DNA of 64,000 nucleotides from an uncultured Candidatus Rokubacteria bacterium. Lineage in GTDB: Bacteria; Methylomirabilota; Methylomirabilia; Rokubacteriales; DASRDR01. The position numbers were made by a program, and so were the translations under genes. Location: assembly GCA_963826115.1 (NCBI GenBank), contig CAWGVS010000006.1, positions 96,001 to 160,000 on the forward strand. Reading direction: 5' to 3'. The notes under the pieces were generated by a model, which worked only from the letters and a program-made list of their open reading frames with translations, searched no databases and was not told where the DNA came from. Shown piece after piece: positions 9,668 to 17,137 of the stretch; the first letter of the stretch is position 1; each line of letters opens with the position of its first letter.

Positions 9668-10005
9668 CGGGTCTTCATGTCTTCGGGGAAGTTCGAGGAG
9701 AAGGAGTAGGACTTGACCACGCCCTGGGCGTTGAAGGTGACCTCGAGCTGCTTGGAGAGGTCACCGTCCTTCCCCGATCCCTTCTGGAAGTAGTACCAGG
9801 TCCAGGTCTGGTCCCCGTCCTTCATGCCGACCTGCGTCGGATCGCCGTACATCTTGAGGAGGTCGGCCTTCGTCGTCGCGCCGTTCTTGATCTCCGCTCC
9901 CGGCTTGGGCGACGGGAAGTCGCGGCCCGTCGACAGCGCGCTGCACGCAGCGAGCGAAGCGGCGAACGCGAGGACGGACATGAGCGCGGTCAGACGGTTT
10001 CGCAT
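9664..10005 (-). CDS. SmpA/BamE-like outer-membrane lipoprotein
   Basis: MRNRLTALMSVLAFAASLAAC lipobox; IKNGATTKADLLKMYGDP...WTWYY...LEVTFNAQGVVKSY; GGAGG RBS; TTGACA-18-TACAGT promoter at 10041-10070. Confidence 0.75.
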   Translation of the reverse strand: MRNRLTALMSVLAFAASLAACSALSTGRDFPSPKPGAEIKNGATTKADLLKMYGDPTQVGMKDGDQTWTWYYFQKGSGKDGDLSKQLEVTFNAQGVVKSYSFSSNFPEDMKTR

Positions 10006-10321
10006 CGCGGGCCTCCTGGGTGGGGTGTTGAACGGCGCCCACTGTAGCCGACCACCGTCCGGGGTGTCAACGCGCGGCGCGCGGCGCCGCCGGCCGCCTT
10101 GACACCCCTCGGGGGGTCCGCCTAGCGTGAACCACGCTCCCATGGTCGGCCGCGCCTCACCACGGCCCGCGATCGTCGGACGCCGTCGGGTCGGGCCGCG
10201 GCGGACCGGGGATGAGGGTTCGCGTCGGCGAGCCCGGCGTATCCATCGTGCAAGGCCCGGTGCCGGAGCTGGCCGTAGTCCCGTCCGCCCCGCGCACTGA
10301 CCGGATCGGGAGGAGACGACG

Positions 10322-11443
10322 ATGCAAAGTGGCTGGCTCGAACAGTTCCACCGTCGTGTTGCCACGCCCAAGACGGAGCCCGAGGCCGCCCCGCCGCCGG
10401 AGGCGCCGGCCGAGGTGTCGCGGCGGGCGTTCATCCAGAGCGGTCTCGCGACGGGCGTCACGGCCGGCATGGCCGCGGGCGGCATGCTCGCCCAGACGCA
10501 GGTGGCGCAGGCCCAGGCGACGGGCGACACACCGCTCGGCGCGAAGTGGTGGCCGTCGAAGTGGGGCCCCCAGGATCAGGCCGGCGCCTCGAACCTGATC
10601 ACGCCGGCGAAGGTGCTGGAGGCGGCCAAGCTCATCAAGACCGGGAAGATCTACGAGCTCGGCCGCATGTACGAGGCGGGCATGCCGCTCTTCGGCTCCC
10701 GGGTCTTCGCCCTCCGCATCCCCGGCACGCCGACCGGCGGACCGTTCGGGAAGAACAAGCTCGTCTTCCACGACGAGTTCGTCGCCACGGAGATCGGCCA
10801 GGTCGGGACCCAGTTCGACGGGCTCGGCCACATCGGCTGCATCGTGGGCAAGGACGGCGACATGAACGAGATGCGGTACTACAACGGCTTCACGGAGGCG
10901 GAGATGGCGAACGCCTACGGCCTCCAGAAGCTGGGAATCGAGCACTGCAAGCCGTTCTTCACCCGCGGGGTCCTGGTCGACGTGGCGGGCCTCAAGGGCC
11001 GCATGCTGAACCTGGGCGAGGAGATCTCGGTCGCCGACGTCCAGGCGGCCCTCCAGCGTCAGAACATCGCCGAGTCCAGCATTCAGCCCGGCGACGGCGT
11101 GTTCTTTCACACCGGATGGAGCAGCCTCTGGATGAAGGACAACGCGAAGTTCAACGAGGGCGAGCCCGGCATCGGGCTGGACGTCGCGCGCTGGTGCGTG
11201 GCCAAGCAGGTGGCGCTCGTGGGAGCGGACACGTGGGCCACCGAGGTCGTGCCGAATCCGAACCCGGACCTGGTGTTCGCCGTCCACAACGAGCTGATCA
11301 CCAAGAACGGGATCTACAACCACGAGAACCTGGACTTCACGGGGCTGCTCGCGGACAAGGTCTCCGAGTTCGTCTACGTCTTCTCGCCGCTCCGCATCAA
11401 GGGCGGAACCGGCTCCCCCGGCCGCCCGATCGCGATCGTGTAG
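10322..11443 (+). CDS. Cyclase family (kynurenine formamidase-like) metallohydrolase with Tat signal
   Basis: SRRAFIQSG twin-arginine motif; QVGTQFDGLGH, GDGVFFHTGW, HENLD, GGTGSPGRPIA. Confidence 0.85.
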   Translation: MQSGWLEQFHRRVATPKTEPEAAPPPEAPAEVSRRAFIQSGLATGVTAGMAAGGMLAQTQVAQAQATGDTPLGAKWWPSKWGPQDQAGASNLITPAKVLEAAKLIKTGKIYELGRMYEAGMPLFGSRVFALRIPGTPTGGPFGKNKLVFHDEFVATEIGQVGTQFDGLGHIGCIVGKDGDMNEMRYYNGFTEAEMANAYGLQKLGIEHCKPFFTRGVLVDVAGLKGRMLNLGEEISVADVQAALQRQNIAESSIQPGDGVFFHTGWSSLWMKDNAKFNEGEPGIGLDVARWCVAKQVALVGADTWATEVVPNPNPDLVFAVHNELITKNGIYNHENLDFTGLLADKVSEFVYVFSPLRIKGGTGSPGRPIAIV

Positions 11444-11604
11444 CGGCCGATTCCCCGCTCCGGGGCCGATCGGCGGCCCCGGAGCGTTTCTCCTCTCGTT
11501 TGCCACGGGATCGCGGTGGCGTTGCGGAGCGGCCCCGCACCCGGGCTATCATCCGGTGTGCGCGCCGCGCCCGCCGTCCGACCCCGACCGATGACGCGCG
11601 TCCC

Positions 11605-12354
11605 GTGAGCTCCGGAGCCGCGGTGGGGCGCGGTCCGAGCCCATCCCGCGCGGAGGTCTGGGCCGGTGTCCGGGACGCGCTGACGACGGTCGTCCCGAGC
11701 ATCGTCGCGTACGGCATCGTCTGGGGCGGCCTCGCCCGGCAGGCCGGGCTCTCGCTGGGTGAGCTCGTCGCGATGTGCCTCCTCGTCACCGCCGGGACCG
11801 CGCAGTTCGTCGCGCTGCCGATGCTCCAGGCGGGCGCGCCCGCGTGGCTCCTCGTCGTGACCACCTACATCGTGAACCTCCGCCACTACCTGATGGCCGC
11901 CAGCCTGGCGCCCCACCTCGCCCACCTCTCGCGCGGACGCCTCGCGCTCATCGCCCACGGGGTCACGGACGAGTCGTACGCGCTCACGATGGCGCGGTTC
12001 GCGACGCACCGCCCGCACCCCGCCTACTTCGCCGGCTCGGCCGCCACGACGTACCTGGCCTGGTACGTCGGCGCCACGCTGGGCGGGCTCCTGGGCGGGC
12101 GCATTCCCGACCCGCATCGCTACGGCCTCGACTTCGTGTTCCCCGCCGTGTTCATCGCGATCCTGGCGCGAACGATCCAGTCGCCCTGGCAGTGGGCGGT
12201 GGCCGGGGTCGCCGCGGCCGTGGCGCTCCTCGTCAAGGGCACGATCGGGGGGACGTGGCACATCGCGCTGGCCGGGCTCGGCGCCTCGGCGCTCGGCATC
12301 TGGCTCGCGCCCCGCGCCGAGGCCGGCGGCGCGCGGACGGAGTCGTCGCGATGA
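11605..12354 (+). CDS. azlC: AzlC family branched-chain amino acid exporter
   Basis: AGTAQFVA, VNLRHYLM, TDESYA, YGLDFVFPAVFI. Confidence 0.88.
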   Translation: MSSGAAVGRGPSPSRAEVWAGVRDALTTVVPSIVAYGIVWGGLARQAGLSLGELVAMCLLVTAGTAQFVALPMLQAGAPAWLLVVTTYIVNLRHYLMAASLAPHLAHLSRGRLALIAHGVTDESYALTMARFATHRPHPAYFAGSAATTYLAWYVGATLGGLLGGRIPDPHRYGLDFVFPAVFIAILARTIQSPWQWAVAGVAAAVALLVKGTIGGTWHIALAGLGASALGIWLAPRAEAGGARTESSR

Positions 12355-12671
12355 GGCTGGGCCTCGTGCTCACCTTCGCCGCGATGGGGGTGGCGACGTA
12401 CCTGACGCGCGCGCCGCTGCTCCTGGTGCTCGCCCGGCGGCGCCTGCCGGGCTGGCTCGAGCGGTACTTCGCCGCCCTCCCGATCGCGCTCATCACCGCG
12501 CTCGCGCTGCCGCTGGTCCTGCTGACCCCGGGCGGCGCCATGCCCGGCTGGGTGACCGACCTGCCCGCCGCGGTGGCGGTCGCGGTCCTCGCGCGCCGCA
12601 CGGGACACCTCCTGGTGGCCGTGGCGGGAGGCGTCGTGCTGGTCGCCGCTCTTCGCGCCCTGCTAGGATAG
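12351..12671 (+). CDS. azlD: AzlD family membrane protein
   Basis: ATGA overlap with azlC; MGVATYLTRAPLL. Confidence 0.82.
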   Translation: MRLGLVLTFAAMGVATYLTRAPLLLVLARRRLPGWLERYFAALPIALITALALPLVLLTPGGAMPGWVTDLPAAVAVAVLARRTGHLLVAVAGGVVLVAALRALLG

Positions 12672-12675
12672 GCAG

Positions 12676-14307
12676 GTGAGCGTCGGCGCGGTCGAGTCGT
12701 TCACCGCCGAGGAGCGAGCCCGGCTGGCGCCCCACTTCACGAGCGTCGACGGCCCTGTCTTCGCCCTCGTCAACCTGCCCGAGGTCGTGAAGGGCGCGCT
12801 CTTCGCCCGCTACTCGCGCTCCCCGAAGTCGCTTCGCCGGCTGTTCCTGGACGAGTTCGTCGGCGCCGAGGCGCTGGCGGACGCTGCGCCGGCCGGCGGC
12901 CCGATCGGCACCGAGCGCGCGGAGCGGCTGTTCGAGCGCGTCTTCGTCGAGTACGGCGACGACTCCGTCGCCCAGCTGGGGGGCGTCCACCTCGCGTGCG
13001 AGGGCGTCTCCAACGTGCTCACGAAGCTCCTCGAGTGGGGCCGGCTGATGGCCTACCTCGAGCAGTCGACCCGCTACGTCCCGTACGCGGACCGGCCCGG
13101 CGGGCGCTGGCGCTACCACGTGCCGGCGGAGGTGCGCGACGCGCCCCTCGTGCGCCAGTACGAGGCGACCCTCGACCTCATGTTCGAGACGTACGCCGAA
13201 TGGCTCGAGCGGGTGCAGGAGCACTTCCGGGCGGCCCATCCGCGACAGGCGTCGGACTCCGAGGCCGTGTACCGGAACACGATCCGCGCGAAGGCGCTCG
13301 ACACGCTACGCGGCCTCCTGCCGGCGGCGACACGGTCGAACGTCGGGCTCTACGGCACGGGGCAGGCGTACGAGGCGCTCCTCCTGCGGCTCCGGGCGTC
13401 CCCGCTCGCCGAGGCGCGGGCGTGCGCCGACCTCATGCTGACCGAGCTGCGCAAGGTGATCCCGGCGTTCCTCCGACGCGTGGACGCGCCCGACCGGGGT
13501 GGCGCGTGGTCGGCCTACCTCGCCGCCACGCGGGAGGCCACGGAGAGGGTGACGGCGCAGACCGTGGGGGAGACCGCCGCCCTCTCCCGCCCGGAGGTGG
13601 TCCTCACGGACTTCGATCCCGAGGGCGAGGTCAAGGTCGTCGCCGCCGCGCTCTACGCGGCCTCGGGGCTGCCCGACGACCAGCTCCTCGCGCGCGTGCG
13701 GCGGATGAGCGCCGGGGAGCGAGCGGCGATCCTCGCCGCGTACGTGGGCGAGCGCGGGAACCGCCGCCACAAGCCGGGGCGCGCCCTCGAGCGAACGAGC
13801 TACCGGTTCGACGTCCTGACGGACTACGGCGCCTTCCGCGACCTCCAGCGGCACCGGCTCCTGTCTCTCGAGTGGCAGCCCCTCGGCCCCCGACATGGCT
13901 ACGCGATGCCGGACGCGGTCGAGGCGGCGGGCGCCGGCGCCGACTGGCGGCGGGTGATGGACGCGTCCGCGGAGCTCCACGACGCGCTCTCGGCCGGGGG
14001 CCTCGCCGCCGTCGCGCCGTACGCGGTGTGCATGGCCTACCGGATCCGCTTCTACATGGAGATGAACGCCCGCGAGGCGATGCACGTGCTCGAGTTGCGG
14101 ACGGCGCCCCAGGGCCATCCCGCGTACCGGCGCGTCTGCCAGGCGATGCATCGCCTCATCGCCGAGGACGCCGGGCACCGCGGGCTCGCCGCGGCCATGC
14201 GCTTCGTCGACCACTCGGCCGTGGAGCTGGAGCGCCTCGAGGCTGAGCGGCGGACCGACGCCCGCCGGCGCACCCTGTCGGAGGCCGGCCCCGCCGAGCG
14301 CCCCTGA
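12676..14307 (+). CDS. thyX: FAD-dependent thymidylate synthase, tandem two-domain form
   Basis: ALFARYSRS, YGDDSVAQL, LEQSTRY in domain 1; FRDLQRHR and HVLELRTAPQGHPAYR in domain 2. Confidence 0.88.
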   Translation: MSVGAVESFTAEERARLAPHFTSVDGPVFALVNLPEVVKGALFARYSRSPKSLRRLFLDEFVGAEALADAAPAGGPIGTERAERLFERVFVEYGDDSVAQLGGVHLACEGVSNVLTKLLEWGRLMAYLEQSTRYVPYADRPGGRWRYHVPAEVRDAPLVRQYEATLDLMFETYAEWLERVQEHFRAAHPRQASDSEAVYRNTIRAKALDTLRGLLPAATRSNVGLYGTGQAYEALLLRLRASPLAEARACADLMLTELRKVIPAFLRRVDAPDRGGAWSAYLAATREATERVTAQTVGETAALSRPEVVLTDFDPEGEVKVVAAALYAASGLPDDQLLARVRRMSAGERAAILAAYVGERGNRRHKPGRALERTSYRFDVLTDYGAFRDLQRHRLLSLEWQPLGPRHGYAMPDAVEAAGAGADWRRVMDASAELHDALSAGGLAAVAPYAVCMAYRIRFYMEMNAREAMHVLELRTAPQGHPAYRRVCQAMHRLIAEDAGHRGLAAAMRFVDHSAVELERLEAERRTDARRRTLSEAGPAERP

Positions 14308-14322
14308 CGCGCGGCGCGCCGG

Positions 14323-15225
14323 TCAGCCGCGGGCGCCGCGCGGCGCCGGGTCCGCGTCGGCCTCGACGAGCGCGGCGAGCGCGGCGAGCCCCCCGAGATC
14401 CCGCGGCCGCCTCAGCCGGCGCACGGGCACCGTGGCCGCGAGCCGGGCGCAGCGCGCGAGGAAGCTCGACGTGCCGAGCTGCTCGAGCGCCGGCGCGATG
14501 TAGGCGTGCTGGAGCAGCTCGAAGACCGCGGTGTGCCCGCCGAGGGGCTCGAGGCCCAGCGGCTCGCCGTTGGCAAGGACGTAGAGGCGTCGGAGAGCCT
14601 GCGGGGCCATCGCCCGGATGCTGGGGACCTTCGCTCGCTTCTCCTCGTTCGCGTAGAGGCGGGGCAGCGCCTCGGGGTTCTCGCCGAGGGCGGACACCGC
14701 ATCGGGCCAGAGCTTGAGCTGGGGGAATCCCGGCACGACGGTCGGCCCGGCCGGCGCGTCGAGGTCCACGGCGAGCACGTCGTCCGCCACGACGGCGCCG
14801 CCGCGCGCGTGGAGCGCCGCCGTCGTGGTCGACTTCCCGTCGCCGGAATGGCCGAGGAACGCGACCGCGCCGCCGGCGACGGTCGCCGCGCTCGCGTGAA
14901 GAACGACGAGGCCGCGCTGGTGAAGGAGCACGCCAAGCGCCGGTCCGAGCAGGTAGAGGCGCAGGAGCTCCGGGGGCACCCCCGGCCGCGGGTCGACCGT
15001 GATCTCCTCGCCGCGGCGCAGGAGGATCGTGCCGACCTCGGGCCACGCGAGGCGGGCCTCGCCGTCCGTCACGCTGAGCAAGTGCCCGCCGGCCGGCGGC
15101 GGGCTCGGGACGTCCGGGACCCTGCCCAGGCGCACCACGACGTCCGGCGGGGCCGGGCCCGGGACGAGCTCCGGCAGTTCGAGCGCCGAGTGGATACCCA
15201 GGCCGTACGCGACGTACGTGAACAC
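14323..15225 (-). CDS. HPr-kinase-like RiPP kinase (PadeK-type lasso peptide kinase)
   Basis: YVAYGLGIHSALELPEL N-terminus; LHASA, Walker A GHSGDGKST, VADDV; last gene of the lasso-type operon. Confidence 0.85.
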   Translation of the reverse strand: MFTYVAYGLGIHSALELPELVPGPAPPDVVVRLGRVPDVPSPPPAGGHLLSVTDGEARLAWPEVGTILLRRGEEITVDPRPGVPPELLRLYLLGPALGVLLHQRGLVVLHASAATVAGGAVAFLGHSGDGKSTTTAALHARGGAVVADDVLAVDLDAPAGPTVVPGFPQLKLWPDAVSALGENPEALPRLYANEEKRAKVPSIRAMAPQALRRLYVLANGEPLGLEPLGGHTAVFELLQHAYIAPALEQLGTSSFLARCARLAATVPVRRLRRPRDLGGLAALAALVEADADPAPRGARG

Positions 15226-15269
15226 GGGCGGCGCGCCTGGCGCCGGGGGGTCCTTCCTGGAGCCAGCCG

Positions 15270-15800
15270 TCAGGCGGCGGGCTCGGTCTCGCGCAGCGCC
15301 AGCTCGACCCGGAGGGCGGCGACGTCGCCGCGCAGCGCCCTGAGCTCGCGCTCGAGGGCTTCGAGCCGCGTCGCCTGGGCCTGCACGAGGCCGTGGAGGC
15401 CCTGGATGGCCGCGAGGGCGACCCCGGCCGCGTCGAGGGGGAAGATGTGGCGGTCGTCGACCCCCAGGCCGAAGGCCGCGGCGAAGTCCTGGGCCATCGG
15501 TCCCAGGTGACGGACCGGCTCACCCTTGTAGGACCAGCGCTCGATCGGCAGCGCAACGACCGCCGCCAGGACCGAGTGCCGATCGACGGCTTCGAATTCT
15601 TCTTTGGCGTTCCGGTCGCTTTGTACTGTGCCCGATTGGCCAAGGGTGAGAGCGGAGAGGCGCCCGTGCTCGGTGAGCCGAGGGCTTCGGTACGGCTTCC
15701 GGGCGCTGGTGGACGCCGGCGTCGCGGGCTCGGCGTCCGTCTGACCATTCGTGACGATCACGTCGCTCGTCGGTGCCTGGGTCGCGATGCGCTGGTCCAT
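15270..15800 (-). CDS. RiPP precursor A1: lasso-type leader + core GQSGTVQ + peptidase S74 (ICA) domain + coiled coil
   Basis: RKPYRSPRLTEHGRLSALTL|GQSGTVQ|SDRNAKEEF...LPIERWSYK...HLGPMAQDF...LAAIQGLHGLVQAQATRLEALERELRAL; GGAGG RBS. Confidence 0.85.
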   Translation of the reverse strand: MDQRIATQAPTSDVIVTNGQTDAEPATPASTSARKPYRSPRLTEHGRLSALTLGQSGTVQSDRNAKEEFEAVDRHSVLAAVVALPIERWSYKGEPVRHLGPMAQDFAAAFGLGVDDRHIFPLDAAGVALAAIQGLHGLVQAQATRLEALERELRALRGDVAALRVELALRETEPAA

Positions 15801-15931
15801 GGCGTCCCTCCCGAAGTCCGAAGGATCAGGCCGGCCACGCCACCCTGCGCCGGCATGGAGCGCTCACAAGCGGGTGCCGTGCCCCTCTCCATCTTGCGCC
15901 GAGTGGAACGTCCGCTTCAAGGGTCGGAGCG

Positions 15932-16459
15932 TCAGGGGACGGGCTCGCTCTCACGCAGGGCGAGTTCGACCCGGAGGGCGGCGGCGTCTCCGCGTAACTC
16001 CGCCAACTGGCGCTCGAGGGCTTCGAGCCGCGTCGCCTGGGCCCGCACGAGGCCGTGGAGGCCCTGGATGGCCGCGAGGGCGACCCCGGCCGCGTCGAGG
16101 GGGAAGATGTGGCGGTCGTCGACCCCCAGGCCGAAGGCCGCGGCGAAGTCCTGGGCCATCGGTCCCAGGTGACGGACCGGCTCACCCTTGTAGGACCAGC
16201 GCTCGATCGGCAATGCGGCGACCGCCGCCAGGACTGAATGACGATCGACGGCTTCGAATTCTTCTTTGGCGTTCCGGTCGCTCGGTGGGCTGGATTGGCC
16301 AAGGGTGAGACCGGACAGGCGCCCGTGCTCGGTGAGCCGGGGGCGCGTGTACGGCTTCCGGGCGCTGGTGGACGTCTCCGTCGCGGGCCCGGCCTCCGTC
16401 TGACCCTGGGCGACACTCGGGTCGCTCGTCGGTGTCTGGCTCGGGATGCTCGAGTCCAT
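15932..16459 (-). CDS. RiPP precursor A2: lasso-type leader + core GQSSPP + peptidase S74 (ICA) domain
   Basis: ATG 16459 with GGAGG RBS; RKPYTRPRLTEHGRLSGLTL|GQSSPP|SDRNAK...GPMAQD. Confidence 0.85.
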   Translation of the reverse strand: MDSSIPSQTPTSDPSVAQGQTEAGPATETSTSARKPYTRPRLTEHGRLSGLTLGQSSPPSDRNAKEEFEAVDRHSVLAAVAALPIERWSYKGEPVRHLGPMAQDFAAAFGLGVDDRHIFPLDAAGVALAAIQGLHGLVRAQATRLEALERQLAELRGDAAALRVELALRESEPVP

Positions 16460-16586
16460 GGCGTCCCTCCTGAAGACCGAAGGATCGGGCCGACCATGCC
16501 GGTCGCAGGCATGGAGTGTTGAAGCGGACGTCGTGCCGAGTCCATCTTGCGCCGAGTCGAACGTCCGCTTCAAGGGATTCGGGCCG

Positions 16587-17081
16587 TCAGGCGACGGGCT
16601 CCCTCTCACGCAGGGCGAGCTCGACCCGGAGGGTGGCCGCGTCTCGGCGTAGCGCTGCCAGCTCGCGCTCGAGGGCTTCGAGCCGCGTCGCCTGGGCTTG
16701 CACGAGGCCGTGGAGGCCCTGGATGGCCGCGAGCGCGACTCCGGCCGCGTCGACCGGGAAGATGTGACGGTCGTCCGCGCCGAGGCCGAAGGCCGCGGCG
16801 AAGTCCTGCGCCATCGGCCCGAGATGGCGAGCCGCCTCGCCGCGATAGGACCACCGCTCGATCGGCAGGTGGAGAAGTCCGGCCAGCACCTCGCGGGGGT
16901 CGACCGGCACGAAGCCCTCCTTCAGGGCTCGATCGCTGGTGATGGTCGACGGGCCCGCGGTGGCCGTCGCGATCGTCCCGTGCTCGACCAGGCGGGGCGT
17001 TGCGTAGGGTTTGCGAGCTCCCGCCGGTTGCGGCGGCGGGGGCGTCGCGGGCTGGGGCGTCTCGGCCGGCTTCCGCTCCAT
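16587..17081 (-). CDS. RiPP precursor A3: lasso-type leader + core GPSTIT + peptidase S74 (ICA) domain
   Basis: ATG 17081 with AAGGAG RBS (C-terminal part of track ORF 16587..18680); RKPYATPRLVEHGTIATATA|GPSTIT|SDRALK...GPMAQD. Confidence 0.85.
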   Translation of the reverse strand: MERKPAETPQPATPPPPQPAGARKPYATPRLVEHGTIATATAGPSTITSDRALKEGFVPVDPREVLAGLLHLPIERWSYRGEAARHLGPMAQDFAAAFGLGADDRHIFPVDAAGVALAAIQGLHGLVQAQATRLEALERELAALRRDAATLRVELALREREPVA

Positions 17082-17137
17082 GGGGTCAGCTCCTTTTCGG
17101 ACGGCGGGTGAACGACGAGCGGGGATGCGCGCGGACC

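Larger units (their letters stand above)
15270..17020. repeat. Tandem triplication of the ~660 bp precursor unit (gene plus, for two copies, the upstream spacer)
   Basis: Near-identical blocks at ~15350-15550, ~16010-16210 and ~16665-16865; spacers 15801-15931 and 16460-16586 are also homologous. Confidence 0.9.

Noticed and set aside
15270-17081. Prophage remnant (tail-fibre chaperone domains)
   Set aside because: No phage structural, integrase or lysis genes. The S74 domains are fused to RiPP leaders inside a lasso-type operon.
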